Assembly (NCBI RefSeq): GCF_902713615.1
Contig: NC_052161.1
Location: 26,859,908 to 26,923,907, forward strand
DNA length: 64,000 nt
Direction of reading: 5' to 3'
DNA from: Scyliorhinus canicula
Taxonomy: Eukaryota
Shown here one piece after another: positions 48,011 through 59,751 of the stretch. The notes beneath the pieces are model-generated. The model did not search any database, was not told where the DNA came from, and worked only from the letters and a program-made list of their open reading frames with translations. Made by a program: the position numbers and the translations under genes. Positions within the stretch are counted from its first letter, which is position 1; each line of letters starts with the position of its first letter.

Positions 48011-50302
48011 TAGAGAAAACTGTCCAAATTGCCACGCCAACAGGGGATGAAACAAGAAAATCTCAAAAATTAGTCCCTCTTCCATATTCTCATTTAAATT
48101 CTGTTTTTCAAAATGGACCATTGCTGGTTTGATATATGGTTACAGCTAGCTGGCCACATTCTGGTAGTTCGAACAACATCAGTGTCAAGACTGGCCTTCA
48201 GAAAGTCTCTGGAACAAAGAATGAAATCTTGCCAGATAAAGATACTGATATTGGACTTGAACTCACTGGACACTCCACTCATGTACATTTACGGCAATAA
48301 CATATTTGATTTGTGAGAGGAAGCAAGGGAGTTCACTTTTATTTTTGAAACTGAATGAGACTTTGTGAAATATACTGAATGCAGCACATGTATCTTGTTG
48401 ATTGGAGTATTTGTTCATGCACTGGATTGGGTATAATCAGATGATCTTTCCATCTCGTTGCTCATCAGCAAGTTCTATGTTTGATTGCGTCAAGATTCAC
48501 AAATTGCAATATTTCCCATCTTTACCATCATTCTGACAAGAGGTAAGCTTGGATTTCAACTCAGCAATTATTCATACAAGTGTATTTTTATAAGTTAAAA
48601 AGCAGTGACCAATTTGTGTATTTTTGTGGCTTCCGCCTTTGGCTTGTTTGGGGTGGGTGGGAGGAGTGTGAGGTTGGGGGGGGGGGGGGGGCCGGAGAAC
48701 CCATAATTGAAGGTGAGGGCCGTCATAATATCCACTCATGTATATGATGAGATGCAGACAGGCAGTGTTTGACACATAGGATGACCTATAAGCACACAAC
48801 ATAGTACAGCCAATCACCAGATAGGGCACTACCACTATAAAGCCAGAGGGCACTAGGTTTCCCACTCTCTCAGGACCCAGCTACTGAGACAGTCAGAGTC
48901 CACGAGCTAGCAAGTGCAAACACCATGCGGTAGCAAGTAAGTCTGGTCAGGCTACTACAAGGTCACCAGTCAGATCAGTATAGTGTCGACCCACAGCTGA
49001 ATATGTATAGCAGTTCTATAGTTGAATAAAACAGTGTTGGGTCTTCTCCCATGTCAGCTGTCTGTTTCTAACTTCCCTGCATCGAGTGCATCCGCATCGA
49101 ACCAACCTGCCTAACACATCATGGTACCAGAGTTGTACTGATCTTGACGGACCTACCTCGAGTGAATCAGCATTGACCTGCAAGCAGCCATCCAGCGAAA
49201 TGAAATACATCCAGCCTCCTCCGCAACTCCGCATCTCCGGCAACCTCGGCGCCAACTGGAAAATCTTCAAGCAAAAGTTCCTCTTGTACATCGAGGCCTC
49301 CGACCTCGAGGCAGCATCGGATCCAAGGAAGATCGTGCTATTTCTCTCCACTGCGGGGGATCACGCCATCCATATCTACAACTCCCTTACGTTTGCCGAC
49401 GGCGAAGACTAAACGAAATTCAAAACAGTCCTGCTGAAGTTCGACAGCCACTGCGACATTGAGGTGAATGAGAGCTTTGAACGGTACAACTTCCAGCAGA
49501 GGCTTCAGGATTAGGATTAACCTTTTCACTCCTTCTTGACCCATCTCCGCAGTCATGTAACTATGACTCAACGGTTGATTCCATGAACTGGGATCAAATC
49601 GTTTTCGGGGTCCACTCCAACTCCCTGCGGCAGCAGCTCCTTAAAAGCAAACAGTTGACCCTCTCTGTCGCTATTGAGACGTGTGTTGTCCATGAGCATG
49701 CCAAGAATCATTACTCCCATATCAGGGCGGCGGAAACTGCAAAGCTGGCCTCCCACGAGGCAGAAAGGGTGCAGGCCATTGCACAGATGCAGGGCCTGAA
49801 CATCGAGGAGAGTGGCCGTTTAGCGCGCTTTTCCCGGATCCCTGCGCATGCGCGCCATGACCGAGTGGACGACGAGACCGACAACCCGACTGTGCAGGTG
49901 CGTACGTCGACAGACCGCACTGCACATGCGCGATGGCGCATGGAACGCGCTGACGTCAGCGTCATGACGTGTCCGAATTGTGGCTCCGCCCTCTTAAAGC
50001 GGCAATGTCCGGCAAAAGGACACTGATGTTTCCAGTGTGGCAAGCTTGCCCACTACGCAGCCCTTTGCAGATCTGCTCCACCGCTCAGCAGCCAGCGATC
50101 CCAGCTGCGGCACAGAAGTGTCTGCTTAATACAGAAAGGCATGCCAGATTCTGATCCCGACAGCCCAACGGACCCTGATGCTGACTGCCTCAAGTCTCCA
50201 TATCGGGTGGGCATCATAACCACACATGGGCTGGCCTCCACCACACCTGCGCAACGCCTCTCGATCCTCAGTGTGGATCGAGACGACGAGAGGTGTGCTG
50301 TC

Positions 50303-51060
50303 TATCATAATATACATCCATAGAACATAGAACAGTACAGCACAGAACAGGCCCTTCGGCCCTCGATGTTGTGCCGAGCAATGATCACCCTACTCAAACC
50401 CACGTATCCACCTATACCCGTAACCCAACAACCCCCCCCCCCCTTAACCTTACTTTTTAGGACACTACGGGCAATTTAGCATGGCCAATCCACCTAACCC
50501 GCACATCTTTGGACTGTGGGAGGAAACCGGAGCACCCGGAGGAAACCCACGCACACACGGGGAGGACGTGCAGACTCCACACAGACAGTGACCCAGCCGG
50601 GAACTGAACCTGGGACCCTGGAGCTGTGAAGCATTTATGCTAACCACCATGCTACCGTGCTGCCCCATGTATCCATGTATATGATGGAGTGCAGACTGGC
50701 AGTGATTGACACACAGGATGACCAGTGAGCACACAGAACACAGCAGCCAATCACCAGACAGGACACGACCACTATAAAGCCAGAAGGCACCAGTTTTCCC
50801 GCTCTCTTGGGATCCAGCCTCTGAGACAGTCAGAGCTCGTGAGCAGCAGCTAGTACAAACACCATGTGGTCGTCAGTTAGTCTGGTCAGGCTAGCCTCAG
50901 GTCTCCAGTCAACTCAGCATAGTGTCAACCCACAGTTAACCATGTAATATAGTTAGATGTTAAATAAAATCGTGTTGCATCTCATCAAGTGTTGGAAGCC
51001 TGTCTCTCTCTACACTGCATCAAACGCAGTCCACATGGACCCAACTTACCCAACACATCA
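50303..51060 (+). mobile_element. solo LTR of a related subfamily nested in the Gypsy gag-pol
   Basis: 5-bp TSD CTGTC; homologous to the host LTRs; host frame CAV|LTVNKAHIRFKLDTG rejoins across it. Confidence 0.9.
50321..50666 (-). mobile_element. young HE1-like V-SINE inside the nested solo LTR
   Basis: Full head, core and tail; imperfect duplication atacatccat/atgtatccat. Confidence 0.9.
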
Positions 51061-54000
51061 CTGTCCTCACAGTTAACAAGGCTCACATCCGATTTAAACT
51101 GGACACCGGCACGTCTGCGAACCTCATCTCACAATCCGACCTCGACACCATCCAGGCCCGACCAAGCATTCTTCCACCGGCCTGCCAGCTCCTTGACTAC
51201 AATGGCAATGCCATAGCTGCCAGTGGCTCGTGTCAACTAGGGGTATCCAACAAGTCGATCAAGGCAACATTACGGTTTGAAATTGTCAGGGCGTCCCAGC
51301 TCGTGCTCGCGCCTGCAAGCCTCTGAACCTGGTTCAGCGAGTCCACACCATGTCATCGTCACCGGCGACAGCCTCGCCCGATGGAAATTTGCAAGCCGAC
51401 ATAGACGACATTATCACAGCGTATTTGATGGAATGGGCACACTCCCGTACCGATATAAAATCCTGCTCAAGCCAAACGCCACCCCTGTAATTCAGGTACC
51501 ACGCCGGGTGCCGGCGCCCCTCAAGGATCGTCTGAAAAAGCAACTACAAGACCTCCAAGACCAGGGCATCATCTCAAAGGTCACAGAGCCAACAGACTGG
51601 GTTAGCTCCATGGCCTGCGTAAAGCATCCATCAGGGGAGCTCCGCATTTGCATTGATCCTAAGGATCTAAACCGCAACATCATGCGGGAGCATTATCCGA
51701 TCCCGAAACGTGAAGAGTTGACCAGTGAGATGGCTCATGCCAAATTCTTCACTAAGCTGAACGCCTCCCGGGGCTTTTGGCAAATACAGCTGGACACATC
51801 CAGTCGCAAGCTGTGCACGTTCAACATCCCATTCGGTCGCTACTACTACAAACGCATGCCTTTCGGCATCATATCTGCCTCCGAAGTGTTTCACCGCATC
51901 GTGGAGCAGATGATGGAGGGCATCGAGGGGGTGCGAGTATACGTGGACAACGTGATTATCTGGTCCACAACGCCCCAGAACACATCGCTCGCCTCAAGCA
52001 GGTCTTCCAGCGAATTCATGAACATGGTCTCCAGCTCAACAGGGCCAAGTGGTCATTTGGTCAATCAGATATTAAGTTTCTAGGTGACCACATCTCGCAG
52101 CAGGGTGTGCGGCCAGACGCCGACAAGGTCTTGGCGATCAACGCCATGAAAACCCCGAAGGACAAGAAGGCGGTCCTCCGCTTCCTCGGGATGGTCAACT
52201 TTCTCGGGAAGTTCATTCCCAATATGGCATCCCACACCACGGCCCTCCGCCATCTCGTCAAGAAGTCAACGGAATTCCAGTGGCTGCCCACACATGAAGC
52301 GGAATGGCGTAAGCTGAAGGCAAAGCTCACCATAGCCCCAGTTCTAGCGTTTTTCGACCCAACCAAGGAAACCAAGATATCAACTGATGCAAGCCAGGAC
52401 GGCATTGGGGCGGTGCTCCTCCAGCAAGATGACTCCTCGTCCTGGGCTCCAGTGGCATATGCCTCCAGGGCCATGACGCCCACTGAGCAACGGTATGCCC
52501 AGATCGAAAAGGAGTGTCTGGGTCTCCTGACAGGAATAGTCAAGTTTCATGACTACGTTTACGGCGTGCCGAAATTCACGGTGGAAACGGACCACAGGCC
52601 TCTAGTCCACATAATCCAGAAGGATTTAAATGACATGACACCTCGGTTACAGCGAATTCTTCTTTGACTCCGCCACTATGACTTCGAACTTGTCTACATG
52701 CCAGGCAAAGAGCTGATCATTGCAGATGCCCTATCCCGGCCCATCATCACACCGTGTGAACAAGGTGACTTCATCTGCCACATAGAAGCGCAAGTGCAAT
52801 TGTGTGCCACCAACCTCCCAGCCTCTGACGAACGGGTGGTCCAAATTCATGAGGAAACGGCCAAGGATCCTCTACTGCAGCGTGTGATGTAGCACCTTAC
52901 CCATGGCTGGCAGAGGGACAATATCCCCAATTCTTCAACGTGAAAGACGAGCTGATGGTTGTGGAGGAAATCCTCTGAAACTCAACAGGATCGTTGTTCC
53001 TCAGAGCATGCAGGCTATGGTGCTGGGTCAACTCCATGAGGGTTACCTTGGAGTCGTGAAATGCCGACGCAGAGCTCGGCAGGCAGTTTATTGGCCGGGC
53101 ATTAACCAGGACATTGACAACACGGTCCTCAACTGCCCCACCTGTCAGAAGTTTCAACCGGCTCAACCCAAGGAAACACTGCAACAGCACGAGATCGTGA
53201 CCACTCCGTGGTCCAAAGTAAGTGTAGACCTTTTCCACGCCAGGGGGCGTGACTACGTACTCCTGGTCGACTACTTCTCCAGTTACCCAGATGTGGTGAA
53301 ACTGTCCGACCTCACGTCGAAGGCAGTAATCAAAGCCGCAAAGAAACGTTCGCCAGGCACGGGATACCGCTCACGGTAATGGGCGACAACGGTCCATGCT
53401 TTTACAGCCAGGAATGGTCTGATTTTGCACAGTCCTACAACTTCCGTCACGTTACCTCCAGTCCCCACTAACCACAATCAAACGGTAAGGCCGGGAAAGG
53501 GGTCCATATTGTCAAGCGGTTGCCGTGCAAAGCTGCAGACTCAGGCTCTGACTTCAACCTGGCAATGCTGGCATACAGGGCAACTCCACTATCCACTGGG
53601 TTGTCTCCAGCACAGATGCTCATGAATCGCACTCTGAGGACCACAGTTCCAGCTATCCATGTTCCAGGCCTTGACCACCTCACGGTTTTACAAAAAATGC
53701 AGCAGTCCCGGGCCCAACAGAAGGCCACATATGATGCTCATGCCATGGATCTACCCGAGCTGGCTCCAGCCGATCATGTTCGCGTCCAGTTGCCTGAGGG
53801 CGGCTGGTCAGCCACAGCTGTTGCTGTCAAAAAAGTTGCCCCAAGGTCTTTCCTTGTCCGAATGGCTGATGGCTCCCTGCTACGGCGCAGCAGACGGGCA
53901 TTGCAAAGTGTTCCACGCCCACCACCTGACCGCAGTGCTCCACCAGCCATCATACTTCCTCCGGACGTACCCTGCCACGAGGCCACCGATCTGCCAGCGA

Positions 54001-56085
54001 TCCTGCCGGCCCACGTGACCACCGCGATGGCAGTGATCCCACCTATCCACGTGCAGGCGGCTCCTGATCCACCTCTGCGGCGATCAACAAGAATTCGTCG
54101 CCCACTACAAAGACTGAATCTGTAGACTGAACTTTTGTGAATTTTGTGACTGAATTCATCGATTTAACCTTTGTAAATATTGCTTTGTTTGCCATGTATC
54201 TGCACTATCGGCACCTTCCAATGTATATCGTTTGTTCAAGCACCATTTGTATACAGTCAGGCCTATATATATATATATGTATACATACCTCAGTATTTAT
54301 TTAACTAAAAGAAAAGGGGGGGCAGATGTCATAATATCCACTCATGTATATAATGAGATGCAGACAGGCAGTGATTGACACATAGGATGACCAGTAAGCA
54401 TACAACATAGTACAGCCAATCATCAGACAGGACACTACCACTATAAAGCCAGAGGGCACTAGGTTTCCCGTGCTCTCGGGACCCAGCTACTGAGACAGTC
54501 AGAGTCCACAAGCTAGCAAGTGCAAACACCATGCAGTAGCAAGTAAGCCTGGTCAGGCTACTACAATGTCACCAGTCAGATTAGTATAGTGTCGACCCAC
54601 AGCTGAATATGTATAGCAGTTCTATAGTTGAATAAAACAGTGTTGGATCTTCTCCAGTGTTAGACGTCTGTTTCTAACTTCCCTGCATCGAGTGCAGTCC
54701 ACATCGAACCAACCTGCCTAACACATCAAGGGCGGGGCCCCACAAACTGTAAATCCGCCTCTGTGACTGGGTGTTCTATCATAGTTTTATTAATGCTATG
54801 CTCTCTTCAGCTACTATTCATATTGCTACATAAGTGACCCTGAGATATGTCTTTCCACCTTGTCACATGCGAGGATGTGTCAATATTTGACTATACTTGA
54901 GTCCTTTGCTCAGGCTTAATTGCAGTTAATATTTCTACAGTGTTTTAACTAGTATTAAATAAACAGCAGATCAATAAAGACCAAAGTTCCAGTAGACATA
55001 GAGAAATCTATTATCTGCTGTTCAGATACAGACATAACAGCCGAGAACCTTGAAGGTTCTCTGCTCATTTTTCCGATGTAAAATGGTTACCTGTGCATTC
55101 AGTGGGTTGGGCGGAGTGTACATGCTCTTATGAAGGCTCACTGCCCACCACATTGATCAATGCAGTGAAAGAGGTTTTCAAAGTCAGCGCTTGAACCATT
55201 GGCCCTTTGCTTCATGTGTTCAGGAAAACATGGTTCATGGCCTAACCAGAGGTCCTTCAAGGGACCACTGGATGACACCACCCAAAAGATAATTTAAAAA
55301 AATATATTGATCTTAATATGGAGCAGGAATAACAAGAACGCTGAAGACCATTGCTGGTCACTACTTGATACATTGCTATTGCCTCTTTCACCTCTGACCC
55401 CCATCTCCTGTTCATACCCACTTCCTCCCCATCAGTTATCTGTCTCTCCTGGAGCCTACCTGAGGTTATTGCAGCTCAATGTTTAAATTCTCTTAATTGG
55501 CAAGTTGCTCGGGGAGGTGGGGAGGGCGGGGGAGTGGGTGATGGGGAGGTGGCAGGTATGTGATGCTTGGCAGCCTGATGTTAATGAGAGCCAACATCCA
55601 CCATAAGGTATGCATCATGCCTATCTATTCTGGGGTAGGGCTCATTCCCAGGTGGAAGCCAACTACTAGGCTGATGCGTTTTATAAGCAATAGGTCCTGT
55701 GAGCTCTAGCAGAAGGAACATGTCATTTACGCTGGCAATAACCCTGGAAGACCATGCTTCCAGCTGCGGTAATAACATTTTCTTTTGATAATAGCAATTG
55801 GAACTACAATTTAAGATGTTCAATTAGATGCGGTTCTTACCCTTTCATGAAACAACTGCAGCCAAACTACTGGGGAGAGTAATTTTGATCCGATGACAGA
55901 TTGCCAGTATTCAAAGGATTTCCTTTTATTTTCGTGGTTCAGGATTCCTAAGTCACACAAAACTCTTCCTCCATGTAAAATCACCGGAATGTTTTTTTTG
56001 ATTTAATATTTACATGACGTTATGGTAAAGTTGTTCTTTCTTTAGTATAGTGGGTTTCCACCATTCCTGCATTAGTTCTATTATA

Positions 56086-57535
56086 TGTTGTAGCCACCGA
56101 GTTGGCTATGTGTGAAGACCCAGGAGGCCGGAATGGTTAAGGAAACGGTGGTTTATTTAAAGTCAAAGGAAACGGCTGCAATGGCAGCATACACAGACAC
56201 AAAAGGGCGGGATTCTCTGACCCCCCCGCGGGTCGGACAATTCTCCGGCCCTCCAAAAGTCGGCGAGGCGTGAGTCACGCCGCCCGCCCCGGGGAATGGC
56301 GTGGACCGACGTGACTCAACAGTCCTGGGGCTGACCGAAGTCTCCGGCCCACGATGGGCCGAAGTCCCACTGGTTTTTTGACGGTCCCGCCGGCGTGGAT
56401 CAGACTAGGTCCCTTACCGGCGGGACCTAGTGGCGTGGGTGGGCTCTGGGAGGGTCCTGGAGGGCGTGGGGTGTTCTGGCCCCGGAGGGTGCCCCCACGG
56501 TGGCCTGGCCTGCGACCGGGGCCCAACGATCTGCGGGCGGGCCTGTGCCGTGGGGGCACTCTTTTACTACGCGTCGGCCGTGTCAGCCTCCGGGATAGCC
56601 GACGCGTAGGTGAGCCCCGCCCTGCGCATGTGCGGTGTTGACGTCAGCAGTCGCTGCCGCACCTGCGTATGCGCAAACTCTCGCTGGCCGGCAGAGTCCC
56701 TTCGGCCCCGGCTGGCATGGCGCCAAAGGCCTTCCACGCCGGCCAGCGGGGTGCAAATCACTCTGACGGCCGAGCCCCTGAAGGTGCGGAGGATTCTGCA
56801 CCATTGGGGTGGGCTGACGCCGGAGTGGTTCACGCCACTCCGTCCCGAGGGGACCCCCCACCCCGCCGGGTACGGGAGAATCCCGTCCAATATGTTCCCG
56901 TCGGGACTGCCAGAATACCGATCCTGGCCGGGCTGGTTTTTATATTATCTAATGATGATGATGGTGATTATTATTATGAATCCCTGCTGGGAGGACCTTC
57001 GCCCACTCACGGGGAAGCTTGTATTCCATGCGTCCCACGGAGAGATCGATTGGGGTATTTCTGTGGGCCACGTGAGGATTATCACACCCCTCCCCCCCCC
57101 CTCAAGTCCAAAGGTTCCCTTTCAGTGGCCAGCTGAGGGAGACTCCTTTGCCCCTTTGAGCGTGGTTGTGCTGTTGCCGGCAGTGAGGCTGAGTTGAGGG
57201 GAATGAAGCAACTCGTTGATTGTCTTTTCCATGATGACCGATGGAGGGACACTGCTGCGGTTTGGCTCCGGCCGCGGATACGACCCTGAGTGAAGATGCT
57301 TCCACGTCCAAGTTCGAGGCTGAGTCATTATCGTCCTGACAGTCCGCATGCTGATCCAAGGGGAGTTGTGCCTCTTTACCCTAGAGTGGTACCAGAGGCA
57401 GTGGAGGCACCAATATCCTTACGTGGCTTCCTCCGAGGTTGGTTCCCTGCCTTGAGATGGTCCACATGTTTCCTCACGGCCTCGCTTGGGTTCTGACCTT
57501 GAACAACACGGGCCCTGTTTTCTCCACCACAACCC
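56086..57535 (-). mobile_element. truncated Gypsy 3' end: LTR 56086-57086 plus integrase C-terminus
   Basis: TG...CA LTR, PPT complement cccctccccccc, and GPVLFKV..RKHVDHL remnant like the 31250 region. Confidence 0.7.
56205..56888. mobile_element. GC-rich Harbinger-type MITE
   Basis: Long TIRs GGGCGGGATTCTC..CCC.GCGGG and CCCGCCGGG..GGAGAATCCCGTCC. Confidence 0.8.
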
Positions 57536-57552
57536 CGAATATGTGCCAGCAT

Positions 57553-57632
57553 GTGTCGACTAGGGGCTTTTCACAGTAACTTCATTGCAGTGTTAATGTA
57601 TGCCTACTTGTGACAATAAAGATTATTATTAA
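57553..57632 (+). mobile_element. isolated retroposon 3' tail
   Basis: gactaggggcttttcacagtaacttcattgcagtgttaatgta.gcctacttgtgacaataaagattattatt, the same tail as the SINEs at 480, 36041, 36378 and 45484. Confidence 0.7.
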
Positions 57633-58439
57633 ATAACTCACATTCTAAGTTTCATAATTACTTGGTTTTCTAGACATTTTCCTGGTATTTTGTTTATTAA
57701 GTTCCATAAAGTTGAAGTTCGTCAAGATGGCACTGGCACTGCAAATGTGGCAGATGGACTTCCATCAGTCAAAGGTTCAAAACATTGACCCTTGTTCATT
57801 GACCTGGAATGGGATCATTTTATTAGCGAGTAGGCGATCTATTTTTGCCGAGGCACCCCAGGGGCAGCCGTTCCTGATTAGCGATGAATACATCAGAGTG
57901 ACAAGGTATCCAAGAAGTTAGAGGCCTCTAATGGATTTAAAACACAATTGGGTTTTGCAAATTTTCTCCCTGAAGGATGCAAGGACTACCATTTGGAAAT
58001 GATCAGTCCCCTCTTCTTTCAAACTTCTTTGCGGCTATTAAATGGTCCAACATTGAACACGTATCAATACTAAGGGGCCTTGGAACCACTCATCCATGGG
58101 GTGACGTGCTGTTTCTAATTCCTGTGACTGCCCATGAATACTGACAGACATGCCTCGCAATGGTCTGCCTGATAGTAAGGCGGTGGAGGGGGGGGGGGGG
58201 GGGGGAGGGGGGGTGTGGAGGGGGGCAGATGGGAAACTCATCCTCCCCATCAGAATTTTAAGCAGAGGGCTAAAAATGGAACAGAAATCCAGGAGATTCC
58301 TCTCTGCTCCCAATCCAACTGAGCTGTGTTCTCCCCAGTTGCTGGACTTTGGGTCTTGTGACCTTGATTACATTTTCATTGTATTGTGTAGGATTCACAA
58401 CTCAATCGTTATTTTTTGCAAAAAACTACCGGATGTACT

Positions 58440-58892
58440 TCAATCCCCAACAATAAAAACGCTAGGAGTACGGCGCGCCATATATCAACGGCCTCAGGAC
58501 ATTGCCTGAGGCCCGCCCCCCAATGCTCCGCTCCCAACGGGCCGGGTTCCTGACGGCGTGGGTCTCTCATGGTCTCACCTGGTGGGAACAGTCGGGGGAC
58601 GGGCCGATCCGCGCACAGGGGGGACATTATTCAGGGCCGGGGGCACTGTGGGGGGGTGGTCTGGGCGCGCGAGCCGGCCAAAGGTCCGCGAGTGGCCACC
58701 TCCATGTTGCACGACGCGGCCACAGACCCGGCAATTCTCCGGGGCATATTGGCAGCTGGAGCCAGGTGCTCTACACTGCTGTCCAGCTAGCCCCCAGCAA
58801 AACGGGGAATCGGTGGCCATTTTCCTGCCGTAAAACGCCACCGTTCCCACACCGGCGTGGGGATATATGCCCAGAATTGGAGAAACCAACCC
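58440..58892. mobile_element. GC-rich MITE fragment
   Basis: CpG-rich block ending ggagaa..ccc, similar in style to the 56205 element. Confidence 0.45.
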
Positions 58893-59414
58893 AATGTTTC
58901 ATTGGATTCACCCACAAGTGTTTCAGTGTTGTGGCAAATGTTAAAACCTTGCCCAAAGGGAATCTAAAAGTTTACCTGCGAATGGAATGATTATTCATCA
59001 CCGGTTCCTACTGACATCTTAAGAATAGCAATGCACAATTTATCATGAGTCAATAGTCTTAACATTCCTCATGTTGCACTCCACCAGCACATGTACAGTG
59101 GAGCAGACGTTGCCTATTTCTAATAATACACAGCTCAGTGGGGATAGAGTAACTCGCATGGAGATGTGGACACCTCACATCATTCATTTTATTTCAGCGA
59201 CACTACCCAGAAACTGATGATCAGAATATCAGAATTGCTCCATGATGTTCTGGTGAGAAGAAGCCAGCAAGTGGCCATCAATAAACCTTCCTTAATCTTC
59301 TCTTTCCAATGAAGCAAAGTACCTCTTGGGAAGGTAACCAGAATATTCTTGCAATCAAAACGTTTTGCGGCCTCCATAAGGATGGAATGTAGAATTTGTG
59401 CCAACTTTTAGTTT

Positions 59415-59738
59415 ATAGAATCTTAGAATTTACAGTGCAGAAGGAGGCCATTCAGCCCATCAAGTCTGCACCAGCCCTTGGAAACAGTACCCCACTTAAG
59501 CCCACCCCACAACCCTATCCCTGTAGCCGCAGTAACTTGATGTAACCTTTTTTGGACACTAGGGGGCAATTTAACATGGTCAATCCACCTGTCCTGCACA
59601 TCTTTGGATAGTGGGAGGAAACCCACGCAGACATGGGGAGAAAGTGCAAGCTCCACACAGTTACCCGAGGCCGGATTTGAACCGGGGTCTCTGGAGCAGT
59701 GAGGCAGCAGTGTTAACTACAGTGCCACCATGCCGCCC
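59415..59738 (-). mobile_element. HE1-like V-SINE
   Basis: Full head, core and tail. Confidence 0.85.
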
Positions 59739-59751
59739 TATATGCGCAATG

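Larger units (their letters stand above)
48721..54728 (+). mobile_element. full-length decayed Gypsy LTR retrotransposon
   Basis: LTRs 48721-49121 and 54327-54728, TSD AGGGC, PBS TGGTACCAGAG, PPT aaaagaaaaggggggg. Gag with C..CG Zn knuckles, protease FKLDTG, RT YVDN, RNase H DASQDGIGAVL and integrase. Confidence 0.95.

Noticed and set aside
56205-56888. CpG island promoter or GC-rich ORFs
   Set aside because: Bounded by TIRs and inserted in an LTR, so it is a MITE
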